In this document: positions 1 to 11,267 of the stretch, piece after piece
How the letters are laid out: each line of letters starts with the position of its first letter
Position numbering within the stretch: position 1 is the first letter of the stretch
Source of the DNA: Nemertoderma westbladi
Taxonomy: Eukaryota; Animalia; Xenacoelomorpha
Assembly: GCA_032718475.1 (NCBI GenBank)
Contig: JAUCBJ010003313.1
Span: 1 to 64,000 of the forward strand
Direction of reading: 5' to 3'
DNA: 64,000 bases
The notes under the pieces: generated by a model
Told to the model about the DNA's origin: nothing
Database searches by the model: none
Seen by the model: only the letters and a program-made list of their open reading frames with translations
Position numbers and translations under genes: made by a program

Positions 1-1110
1 ACTTCTTAACCATTGGCCATTCTATCGATTTACACGATACGGACTATGTCGAACATATCCTACCCAGAGGAGTCGAAACGATAAACCAAAATTCTAATGC
101 GAAAATCCTATTCGAAATCGACTCGAAAGAAAAGACATTAAAGAAACAAATAAACGCGGTAACTCCAACATATATTTGGAATTCTTGATAGAAGCCTTGT
201 AACAACAAATAAATATCATCCGCGTTTCCCCTACCAGACGTGCGTCTTTGGTATTATTACGATAAATGCCCTAGACCCAGCAAATAAACGGAAAGACATA
301 AACATCCACGGAAACGTTGTGTTAAACACAGTTGTGCTCGTTATATTTACTGGAGTTTCGAGCGAAACTTGTTTGACGTATCACCTATGCTCACTCGGCT
401 CGAACGATCCTGGAGTAAACCTACGATCAGAGTCCCGGAATACTCGGTCAAACCTCCTCATTCCTTAGTTGGACCTCAGACCTGCGATCCTGGTGGTGTT
501 GCGGATCCTCGCGGACTGTATTCACTGTTCAAAGATCTAGTGCTACCCTAACAATTAATCGGTAACACTCCGACAGTGATTTCTAGCTAGCCGCCCATCT
601 TACCTAGCCGGATTGTGACGCGGACACCTAATATCACTATCCAACCGTATGGTCGTCCCCGTTTAACGCGATACAACCCTTCATCAAGGTGAAGGAGAAC
701 GTTGTGCGAAACGAATTAAACGCTATTCTACAAAGATCAAAAAGAAACCTGCGTTTGTTCAGATAAACGTAAGTTATAACAGTAAGTCCAATCGATAAAC
801 GAATTGGCCTTATCTCAGTTCGATTGGGAAATCTCGAATCTCTAAGAAGATATCAAGCTTAGAAAACCCTATTCTCTGCGAGAGTTTTGGACAAACGTAT
901 CCCATGACAAGCGGAGGAAAATCAGCTCGAGGAGAAGCATATCGAAATGGACGAGACACCGACCGTAAACCCAAACCTTCTAATGCAATTGTATTGCACC
1001 CTTTACCCAGGAGTTATAGCCTTTCTAGTAAAGTGGCTCGCCCCAAAGAGAAAAGGACTCTTGCTGGCCTCGGGAAACTGCGTGAACGCCGTCCGCGCAA
1101 GAAAAACTAA
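1..1110 (+). pseudogene. Degenerate 3' accessory ORF of LTR element A (BEL/Pao-related), truncated by window start
   Basis: 1-130 aligns by eye to 35578-35730 (FLT.GH.IDLHDTD.V). 975-1188 aligns to 36673-36886 (KVARPKEKRTLA...KLR.RRPRKK*, then the purine tract GGGAGCGG). The middle is broken by stops and is not alignable. Confidence 0.75.
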
Positions 1111-1188
1111 CTGTTTAGAGTATCTTTATGTTTTAGAAACTGTGATTTTTATATTTTATAGACTGAAAATCCCATTTTCTGGGAGCGG

Positions 1189-2388
1189 TGTAAAAGCTTT
1201 TGCTGAATTGCCCGGTTATTTTTCCTTATTTTTCCCGTAAAATACTCTGTAGTTGGTTTAATAGGCGTAAGAGGCCGTATTATTGCTGTATCGGTGTTTT
1301 TAGAGGATCTAAGAGCTATTTCTTCCGTATGTGTACTGTGGAAGGCATAGTTGATGATTCTATGGCAATTCCGTGACGCAAAAGAGGCGAGATACTCTTG
1401 AACAGTAGTTACTATGACGACGGTTAACAGCTGATATTCATACGTGTCGATTTTCTTTGTTCTACGGCTTCTCTCAGTTCAGTCAACCAATCAGAGCGTT
1501 TTTACTGTTCTTGTACAGAAATTTCCTAGAAATCACGCAATGCTTTATGGGCAGTGTTATCATTCTGTCCTGAGCCAGGAAAGAACGGCTTTGGAATATT
1601 TTGTGCTTTTCTGCTTTTAGCCTAACACTAGTAGGCTTAATTATAAGGACATATATCCGTTATCTGGTTATCTCACTGCATTTATCATATCAACCAACCA
1701 AACATACATATCTTACTTAACATTACTGCTTTGCTGTCGGTTATTCATTATATTTGTTGATGAATTATTATATTTGGAATAACGATAAATAACCCCGAAA
1801 ACCCAATATTCTTGATATACCGAAGGTAAGAGAGAAAGGTTACATATAACGATTGTGACTTATGTTAAAGTGGTTTGAAGTGAATCTAATGTTATTTGAT
1901 AGACCCTACATGAGTCGGTCCGTGTTCCTTTTATATGTGACTAAAATCAGTGAAGATCGGCAGATCAGTGTGCAGTATTGTGCAGCATTGTGTATGAGTG
2001 AGACTGATAACGAAGCATTTCCTAAAGAATGCGCCATATATGTGAATTGTAACTAAGCCATATCGTTGCGTGTAGTTTAAGTCATAGCTCTGTTTATATA
2101 GATAGAGCGCCACGTCCTAAAGGAACTGTTAATATTTCCCGAAGGTGAATAATATTGTCAGAGATTATATAATACTGTCAGTCGAATAATACATTAGGCT
2201 TACATAGCAATACGATTAAGCTGTCGAAATCAATCTCCCGGGTATATCCAACGGGTGAATGATCGCGCACAGATTGGTTTCAACTAGTGTAGTGAATCAA
2301 ATACTTGTCAGAGGCTAAAAGCGATTTATTATCTAGAAGACATCCTAATTTGGCGGGTTAAACTGCCAAAGGTCTGAAAGCGCGAACA
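1189..2388 (+). mobile_element. 3' LTR (1200 bp) of LTR retrotransposon A, related to the BEL/Pao element at 23751-38069
   Basis: Starts TGTAAAAGCTTTTG after GGGAGCGG and ends AAAGCGCGAACA, the same termini as the LTRs at 23751 and 36887. The 3' portion is clearly homologous; the 5' portion is divergent. Confidence 0.9.
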
Positions 2389-2389
2389 C

Positions 2390-2510
2390 TCGCACTCACT
2401 ATGACACCCCTGTAGAGACTGTCGTAGTTTCTCTTGGCTCGCACTCACTGTGACCCCCCTGTAGAGACTGTCGTAGTTTCTCGTGGCTCGGACTCACTGT
2501 GACCCCTTGT
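2390..2510 (+). repeat. 49-bp tandem repeat, about 2.5 copies
   Basis: TCGCACTCACTGTGACCCCCCTGTAGAGACTGTCGTAGTTTCTC.TGGC-like units start at 2390, 2439 and 2488. Confidence 0.85.
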
Positions 2511-2589
2511 ACTTGTACAAGGACCCCCTTGTACCTGGACTAGACTGTCATTTTTGGAAAGGCAGTTACATTAGATTTATTTACTTTAG

Positions 2590-3958
2590 TTTAATTACTC
2601 ATTTGCTCCAGTGTTATTCGGAGAAACTTAGTGGGGTTGCTGTCAAAATCTTTCGAATTCTTTGCAATTTCGCGTTCACGGGAGCGTTTCTGCATTCCAT
2701 TGAGCAGAGTTTTAGCTAGAGTACGCGATGCAGATTGAGTAGGTTGTGGCGTTATGTCGTAATACACAGTGATTGCGTGGCAAACTTGTTCCAACTGCCG
2801 GAAACAAAGAACAGTTCCTTCGGGGACATTTCCTAGCCATTTCATTGCCGCCATTGTCCACCCACCAGACAAGCTCTTGTGAAGTGATTATTAAACCACC
2901 CCAAGATAATGTCCGTGTGAAAGATAGGTCTTGCTCACAAGTTGGATAGGTGTTGTCGAGCTCAGGGTTCGATCTCACTATGAAACGGTTTCATAGTGAG
3001 ATCGAATCCTGAGCTCGACAACCTGCCACGTATCCACCAATTTGACGCTCGTCTTCACTCAATTGCACATCAGCAAAGGAGCTCTATGTTCCGTCGTAAG
3101 GGATGTTAGTCGTAGAATTAAATTTTCATCCGCTTCATAAAGCTCAACGACATCTTGCCAACGTCCAACGGCGTTCCCGATTCGTAATAATTAATTAGTT
3201 AATTAACTAATTTAGTAATTAGTTTTTCCGTTACCTGTGTAAAATAAACAAAATATATCTATTAACTTATTATATAAGTATTTACTTACTGTACTGTAAT
3301 AATTAATTATTTTGCCATATCTATGTACTCAGGTATACTTTTACCTATTACCTCTTAGCTTAGGCTACCAATTAAAGTCACACCAAAATTGATGAAAATT
3401 TCACCAAAAAAGTCGCTAAAAAAAGTCGCTAATTCGGATGGGGCATCGACCGCATAATCGAACACACTGTAGCCGTGGTAAACGAAACGTGTTTATCTCA
3501 TCCGTTACAAGACACATGTGCTTTAGTTCTTCAGATTTCGCCTTCTTTAAGGCAGTTTGAACTAACAGTTCACTCTGGTAACCGCCTGTTTTAATGAGCG
3601 CATCTTACGTTCAGAAGGTAAAATGGCGATTGCTCGCAATATTTGATAAGGGAGTCGTGGAAATCGCTGTATGCGTATAGCCAACATGTAATCCGATTTC
3701 CAGTAGGATTTGTAACAGTGTAGTTCAAGTTGTCGAGCGATAAACTCCAATTGGCTACGATATTTTGTCTCTTCTAAAGTCTACAAAGCTGACTGGACAA
3801 TCTTTCTTTGCCTCAGAAAGGAGCGCCGATTCGGATCGATTGAACCGCTTTACGGCAGCTACAACTTTAAAGAAGTATCTGCCGCTGGAAGTCGGACAGT
3901 ACGTGTTAGTCCCCGGATAGTTCCCTTTGCAGCCATAAACACAACATTGTTTTCCCAT
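2590..3958 (-). pseudogene. Decayed P-element/THAP9-like transposase
   Basis: Fragments in the expected order on the minus strand: THAP start MGKQCCVYGCKGNY; YQILRAIAILPSERKMR; HMCLVTDEI (first catalytic D-like motif); RWQDVVELYEADENLILRLTSLTTEH (GTP-binding insertion-like); LSWGGLI (C-terminal SRGGL-like). Many stops, frameshifts and deletions. Confidence 0.7.
2952..3022. repeat. 71-bp near-perfect palindrome
   Basis: GTTGTCGAGCTCAGGGTTCGATCTCACTATGAAAC-G-GTTTCATAGTGAGATCGAATCCTGAGCTCGACAAC: 35-bp arms, one mismatch, 1-nt loop. Confidence 0.95.
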
Positions 3959-5080
3959 ATTATTATTAATATTACTGTATTATTGGTATTAAATTATTAA
4001 AAATAATTATTAATCCGACTGTACATATCTCAGAATCTCAGTATCTGAATAAAAACTGAAAAGTAATCTTTCAGTTTCAGTTGTCAATCCAGTATGCCAG
4101 TGCCAGTGTTTAAGAGTCTGTCTGTCAGTGGGTCAGTGCAGTGGTAGGCTAAAATGTAAAAGAATGAAAAACATTGACCCCGCAAGCGGGGTCCGGATTA
4201 CTGCTGTGCCAGTCCTTCAGTATAGTAGTAGTCCTTGGCTACACCAAAACTGTAACGGCAGAACGGTATGGTCAGGTCAGATGGTACTGCACTGCAGTAG
4301 GCCTACAGGAGTACCGGTACTGGTACTGTAAAAAATTGACAGGTAGGAATAATAGAACAGTAGAAAGCCCCATTGAAGTCTGGACAATGATGTAGATAGG
4401 GCAGTAGGGTGCTATTGCTTTACTGCTACCAGCTGTACTGTCCAGCTGTCTGCTGTCTGACTGTGGTATCGGTACCTGTCTGTATATAGTACCTACTGAC
4501 CTACAGACAGACAGAGCTGCATAGTACAGACTGACAGACCTAGGCCTATACCCCCTTCTGCAAAGTGATTTTTTTGTGCGCCGAACGCGACGCGGCGCAG
4601 AAAAAAATGTGCGCCTGCGCAGTCGAAAACAGTGCAAAATCCGCGTGCGCAGCAGAAAAACTGCGCGAAATTGGCAGTTAGCTACAATGGCCAAATCTGG
4701 CAATGATTGTGATTGCCATATTTGGCAACCAAGCAAAATCTGGCAACATTTCTGATTGCCTGATTTGGCAACTATATAAAGCCGTTGTTGCCATATTTGG
4801 CAACTTAACTAACAGACTAACTCATTGAATATGGATTATATGGTTCTGCGTCATTAAGTCCTTCTATGGCAGTATGGTCATTCCTTAGACTGTTAGATCC
4901 TGAAATGTTAATGTTAGGCCTAGAAAAAAGGCAAAGGAGTAGCGCCGGGTTACAGGTTATACTTATACCAGTAGTGCAGTAGTGGCATATTCTAAGTTCT
5001 AACCAATCAGCCAATACAGCAATATATCCTAATACATGAGGTGAGAATGAGAGTCAATAACACAAACACAGACTGACTGG

Positions 5081-5907
5081 TAGGGCTCGATCGGAGTTGG
5101 GATTTGGCCGGAGCCTGAGTTTGACAATTTGGCCGGAGCCGGAGCAGGAGCCGGAGTTTTTCAAAAATTTTAAAAATGTAATTATTTATTAAAAAATAAA
5201 TAAAGTATGGTTATCGTTCGCCAATCGCCAATAATCAATCATACTGTAGGTCTAATTAATTTCATAATTCAGTAATTTATCTGTCTGTCTGTTTATAGAT
5301 TTTCGAATTTTCAATTTAAAATTTAAGTAATTAATTTATCACGGACAGACTGACAGACGGCCTGACGCTGACGGCTAAAAATTACCTACAGTACCTAACT
5401 CACTAACTGTCTAATTGTGGTAGAGGTGTGTACTGTATGTAGCCTACCGTACGTGTACCAGTCTGCCAGTATTGCAGTCTGCAGTACACAGGTACAGTAT
5501 GCTGGCATGACAGCAATAAATGGCTGCAGTGGTACAGTGTACAATCATAGCATTTACAATTTTTTCAGTCAGACAGTATGGCCTATCTGTAATAGTCTGC
5601 TAGTCAGCCAGCCTGCCAGCTGGCCAGTACCAGTACTGGTACTGCAGTACAGTCAACAGTCAGTCAGTCATTGACTTTAAGTAATAAATACTACAGTATT
5701 ATGCTGGACTGCTGGATATTGAAGCTGTACTACAGTCTGACAGTACTTATAGTGTAAATAATTTTTCAGAATAGAATATGCACGAAATACAGAAATATAA
5801 TACTTTATTAAAAAATTAACTCCGGCAATATTTTTACCGGAGCCGGAGCCGGAGGTGCCAAAATGGCCAGAGCCGGAGCCGGAGGCCGGAGCTCCGATCG
5901 AGCCCTA
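5081..5907. mobile_element. Non-autonomous hAT-type MITE
   Basis: 16-bp terminal inverted repeats (TIRs) TAGGGCTCGATCGGAG/CTCCGATCGAGCCCTA, 8-bp TSD CTGACTGG (5073-5080, 5908-5915) and subterminal GCCGGA repeats. A fragment of the same end lies near 9933-9980. Confidence 0.92.
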
Positions 5908-6811
5908 CTGACTGGCAGACTGATGATAGTTTTTTTGCTTTTTTGACATTTTTGCTAGTAATCTCTGGCGCTGCTTGGGGAGGTGGTTGATTGTTGTTTG
6001 TACCGGTACCAATCAGCCAATAACAGTTTAGTAGTTAAAGATTGTAACTGTGTAATGCTGATACAATTGCCCAGCAATCTAACAGTCTAAATCATCCTTC
6101 ACTCTATATCCAGATATCAGTTCAGTATATCTATCTATCCATTCCTACATCAGTACATACAGACATATAATGAAAATAATTTCATCCCGTTTTTCATCAT
6201 CTGATTAGGGCCTACTAGAAACAATTTGTTGAATCCCTTAACCTGTTAACACGCGTTTTGGTTTTCTCAGTCTTTCTAAATTTTGACACTATTTTTTTCC
6301 GTCACGCCGTTTCTCAAACTTTAATGCCCCCTTTCCTTTTGGTGATATTAACGTTCTGACGGGTCTTGCTTTAACGCGTATGCGGAGGCTACGCGGAGCC
6401 TCCGCGGAGCCTCCGCGTAGGTGAAAATAATTATGTTTTGCGTATCTGAAATTTATAAGACGGTAAGCGTAGGTAGCCAATAGAATAGCAGATATGCAAA
6501 TAAGTGGGAAATTTAAATAAATGAGGCAGCGGACAGAGTTACTAGACAAGTCCGTAAAAGGTGCCACCCTGCTCCATAGCGCGGGAAATTCAAATGATTG
6601 AAAGACATGTTATTTGTACTGGAAAGGGTGGAAGACACCTTGGTGGCAGATCAGATCTGCCACCTATATATTGGCGGTAAATTCAAATCTGTTTTAACAT
6701 TGAATACATGAATAGAGTAAGACCAATCTGCCAATGTAATTCATTGAATCAGAATAAATTATTTATTATCGGTTTAACTCACTCATCCGTTAATGTTGTT
6801 GATTTATCTAT

Positions 6812-7078
6812 TCTGGGACTTCGAGCACGTGAACAACTAAACCAGCACGCTAACTACAACTACCGGTAGTCTGGGGCTTCGACTTTTCGAGCACCACGTG
6901 AACAACTAAACTGGCTGGTTACCTAGTCTGGGACTTCGAGCAGCACGTGAATAACTAAGCTGACTGGTTAACTAGTCTGGGATTTCGAGCAGCACGTGTT
7001 CAACTAAGCTGCCTGGTTAACAAGTCTGGGACTTCGAGCAGCACGTAAACAACTAAGCTGACTGGTTAACTAGTCTGG
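6812..7078 (+). repeat. 49-58-bp tandem repeat inside the MULE, about 5.5 copies
   Basis: TCTGGGACTTCGAGCAGCACGTGAACAACTAAGCTGACTGGTTAACTAG-like units start at 6812, 6870, 6927, 6976, 7025 and 7074. Confidence 0.9.
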
Positions 7079-7245
7079 TACATGTCTGGAACAGATATAG
7101 CAGTATAGGCAGAAGCATTATACACCCATTGTTATCACAGTAGACCTACCTGCGAATGCTGCGATATATTTTACTATCAGTTCCCTGCTATATTGTTATA
7201 ATTATAATGTTCTGATGTAATTATAACTGAACTTTGAACTTTTAA

Positions 7246-7869
7246 TTGCAACAAATTATTAACATTAAACATGATGTTAACCAGATAGTTATATCCGATG
7301 ATATCGTTAATGAGTACAACCAACTTATTAACACGTATATTGCCGATGGCGTAGATGTTAGATTGTGTCAATATTTGTTGGATATATTTCCTCTCTTTCG
7401 GGATCATTGTAATATTGGGATTTTGAAGCTGCGCGATAAACGAATTCTCTACAATCAGGCTAATGAATCTATGAACAAAGTAATCAAGGATTTCACTCAT
7501 TCTCTGCCAGTTGATGAAGCAATTATTCGTATTAAAGATGTTGTTAAGTATCAACATGAAGATATTATTAAAGGCTTCATATAAACTGAAGAGACAGTTC
7601 GAACATCTGCAGTGGGACGAATCTGAGTTCTTTAAATTGGATTCTTCGGAAAGATCATGGCTATATACGAAACAAATTCAAAAGATACATAAACTTTTAC
7701 TCAGTGAATCCTTTGCAATAGATACTAGTGGAATAGATACCATCCAGGATGAACCGATATACTACATTATATAGTTGACGAGAAAAGTGATTTGGACGTC
7801 GACCATGGTAATACCGCTGAGATTAATGTTTCCAATAATGACGTGTTGCTGGCATCTACTTATATTTGA
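7246..7869 (+). pseudogene. Probable C-terminal remnant of a MULE-type transposase (frameshifted)
   Basis: YNQANESMNKVIK resembles the N..ES.N..+K catalytic-Glu motif of Mutator transposases. It continues by frameshift into YKLKRQFEHL and lies between MULE TIRs. Confidence 0.55.
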
Positions 7870-10400
7870 TCTACTTATACGGTATATATACATCTACTTA
7901 TATTCGATATTATATTTGACGGACAGATTGTCGGATAGTCAGATAGACATATAGACGGATGGTGGGGGATTCCCCCCCCCCCCCTTAATATTCGGTTTAC
8001 AAGTAAGCTAAGATTGACTTTGTAATTAACTTGAATCCCCGCTGAATTGGGGCCAGGGTATAGTTTCCGCACAAATGCTTTAATGGGACTAACCGGGACG
8101 CATATCTGCCTTGCACACTTAATAGTATGCACGGCCGGTCAATAAAATTGACCGACTGTGTTAGTCATAATATAGGCCGACCGTTTTAGCCATCTCAGTG
8201 TAGATCGGAGTTAGCTCGGTAGGCCTATAGGCCAGTATATTTTGCTTTTTAAGATCGGTATACCTCTGTACTGTATTGCATTGTTATAGCTCAGAATGGG
8301 TCGGTATATATACGTTTTAGAACGTACTGATTTATCTTTGCTAAACTGGGTACCGTACCAGTATGTTACTGTTAGTCTGTTCTTAAAGAACTTAATTTAT
8401 ATTATTATCATTATGGTATGTTCTGTTTAAGTCAGCATGTCCACTGTCTCATTAATTTAAATTTCCCACTGATTTGCATATCAGCTATTGGCTACCTACG
8501 CTTACCGTCTTAAAAATTTCAGATACGCAAAACATAATTATTTTCACCTACGCGGAGGCTCCGCGGAGGCTCCGCATACGCGTTAAAGCAAGACCCCGTT
8601 CTGACGTTGTCAAATATTATTACGTTTATTTCCATTTCAGCCTTTGAAGCATGTAATTCTTTAGATTTGTTTAGGGTCCTACTAAATACTACAAAAAGCA
8701 CAAAAAGAACAAAAAAGTAAAAAAAAAAAAGCACAAAAAACAAACACCCCCCACATACGAAGGTAAACCCATACCTATGATTGATTAATTTGCAACGTTC
8801 TGACCTACAGTATGTAAAGGCCACAATACTGCAAAGTGTATTTGTAATTAAAATCACTATAAAAAAACATAATAAAACACATACAGTTTAGATTAATAAC
8901 TTAATAAAACTACAGTAAAATAGGATCGTGGGAAAGAACACCCAGGATCTAAGGCACTCATGGGGGTCGTAAATTAAGGTAAAATAAAATAGAATATTGA
9001 TATATAAGATAAGTACGCATGAACTCCTAAACAACATTGCAAACAATCTGGCAGTTATTATAGAAATTTCAAAGTATACAGTAGTGTTACAACAGCAGTG
9101 GTTAACCCCAGGCAGGAACTGTGTTTCCAACAGACGCAGATATCGTAACCAAGGCAGTTCCGACCTAAGCGAGATTCTTGCAAGTATGACTATGGCTAAT
9201 ATCTGAACTAATATCGCCCACTCGAGAGGTTCGGGCAGACCGTGATGTGATAATTGTACAGTATGTCGATTTATCGGTGAATAAAGGCATTCCAATAACA
9301 GAATAATCGCGATTTCGGTCAACACTGACATCCAGTTTACAAGCGCCTATGCTGCGTCGCTACATCTCCCACATCGCTACATCATTACATACTGACTGAC
9401 TGACATTGACAGATTGGTTACACTCCCTCAAAATTGAATTTGCATTGGCATGGCGCTCTTCAAAATTGTTTCAATGTGTGGCGCGCTTAAAAATTTAGTT
9501 GGCGCGGGGTTTTTTCGAAATTGCATCGGCGTGCTTAAAAATTTAGTTGGCGCAGGGTTTTTCAGGTGGTATAAATTTTAAAATGCGACAATTTTGTATG
9601 GAATGCGCTTAGCGTTCTCATTTTTTCCTATGTTCGTCTATGGGGAAAATGCAGCAAGATTGGTTCTGGCGACGCCAAATTTTGGCGTTCAAAAGGACAA
9701 AATCGGGCGTTGTGTCCCTAACTGGTAGAGTACAGGAGTATGTTAAACCCCCTCCACCCTCTAGTGCAGCAGTGCAAACTCACCCCCGCATTTATCAATT
9801 TTCACTCTGCTGTTCTGTGCAAATCCATCTCCGTCTCCCTGTCTCCGGTTAAATTTACCTAGCAGTGCCTAGTCAGCTAGTGTATCTTCCTCACTCCAGC
9901 TCCAGCAGTCCCGGCTGCGCGGTGTATATTAAGATCGGAGTTGGGATTTGTCCGGAGCCGGAGTTTTTAAAAAATTTAATTATTTAGGCCTATTAAAAAA
10001 AATAAAGTACCGGTACTGTGATAAAAATGGGACGCCCGATTATGTCGGGCAATGCTTCATAAATATAATCATAAAACATAATCATAAAACATAATCTGGC
10101 GTCCTAAACTGCTAAACGCCTATTTCTACCGACAAAATCGGGCGTTGTGTTCCTAACTGTCTACCGGAAGGGAAAATACACCCCAGGGCCAGGAGTGAGA
10201 ATGCACTAGGGAATTTTAAATTGCTGGGGAGTTATTTTGCTTGGGGAGTGAAAATTCTTTGTTACACCGGTAACGGTAACGTAAGTGGTACCGTAGTCTG
10301 TAGTCTGATCATATTTCTTATTTTACATTAAAATATTAGGCTACCTTTTGTAGGGCACCTTTCCTGACTTCAGACCTTCCTCCGTACCAGTAATGCAGTA

Positions 10401-11267
10401 ATGGAAGACATCGAAGTTTATAAAGCGAAACATCGTTATAAAGGCCTCCCAGTCACATCCAAGAACGAACATCGGACAGACGTTCTAAAGTTCGGCAAAG
10501 GAGCGCTGTTCGAAGTACTCAAACGTTCGGACACTGGCTGGTGGGTGGCTCGTTGTATCACTGACGGCGGTTCTATTGGCTACGTCCCAAGCAAATTCCT
10601 TCAAGTTACCTCGAAAAAGGTTATCAGAAAGCTGATAGACGATGGCGACTCCGCGAGCTTTGACGAAGATGACGACGATGAAAACGACGTGGCCGAAGAA
10701 GATATCCTAATTCCTGACGCGCCGCCTCTCCCTTCGCCATTTGACGTCTTATTTACTCGTAAAACGTCCTCCCCTGGAAACTCGGAAGTTACGGATCTCG
10801 TACAGAAAGGTCACATGCCGCACGAGATGGCCATTCACGATAAACTCAACAACGTGCTGCTGAAACCCACTAATTTGCCTCGACCACCATCCCCACCTGC
10901 CTCCCCAGGGCTCTCGACCAAGCCGCCACATCCCTCCTTCGTGTCCCCCATAGCCGATCCTTCGGGGGAGACCTTGTTGATGCAACTCAATCAGGAGTTG
11001 TCATTCAACCAGCGTCTTGGAATCGACGTTCTCAAAAAGGATGAGATTCACAAGGCCTGGGCCACTAAGAATTGGCAGGCGAATAAAACGCGTCAGCAGC
11101 AACACGAAGGTCACAGAAAGCGAAACAGTTTCGATAAGGCCTTGGAGAAGCAACACATAAAGCTAGAAGAGGCTGACAAACCCGTGAACCCGGAGGATGT
11201 TGGGAAAGAGAAACCTGCTTGGGCCAGCGTGCAGCTAAGGAAGACAGGAGTTAATGTGGACGATTGA
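10401..11267 (+). CDS. SH3-domain protein with proline-rich linker and FAM107/DUF1151-like C-terminal domain (288 aa)
   Basis: SH3 motifs: YKAKHRY...LKFGKG..FEVL...GWWVARC...GYVPSKFL. Acidic stretch and PxxP-rich linker follow. The C-terminus LNQELSFNQRLG...FDKALEKQHIKLEE...PAWASVQLRKTG resembles FAM107 (LHRELLxNQKxG...KLE...PEFxxVxxxLRxT). Candidate acceptor TTTTGTAG ends at 10353; AATAAA at 12044. Confidence 0.85.
   Translation: MEDIEVYKAKHRYKGLPVTSKNEHRTDVLKFGKGALFEVLKRSDTGWWVARCITDGGSIGYVPSKFLQVTSKKVIRKLIDDGDSASFDEDDDDENDVAEEDILIPDAPPLPSPFDVLFTRKTSSPGNSEVTDLVQKGHMPHEMAIHDKLNNVLLKPTNLPRPPSPPASPGLSTKPPHPSFVSPIADPSGETLLMQLNQELSFNQRLGIDVLKKDEIHKAWATKNWQANKTRQQQHEGHRKRNSFDKALEKQHIKLEEADKPVNPEDVGKEKPAWASVQLRKTGVNVDD

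Larger units (their letters stand above)
6361..8596. mobile_element. Mutator-like (MULE) internal-deletion derivative
   Basis: Long (about 160-175 bp) TIRs starting GGGTCTTGCTTTAACGCGTATGCGGAG and a 9-bp TSD CGTTCTGAC (6352-6360, 8597-8605). Confidence 0.9.

Noticed and set aside
6361-8596. Pack-MULE carrying a host gene
   Set aside because: The internal coding remnant looks like the element's own transposase (NESMN motif), and the other insert is a SINE fragment.
8888-9331. 147-aa minus-strand ORF
   Set aside because: No recognisable domain, an AT-rich hydrophobic tail typical of chance ORFs, and no splice support identified.
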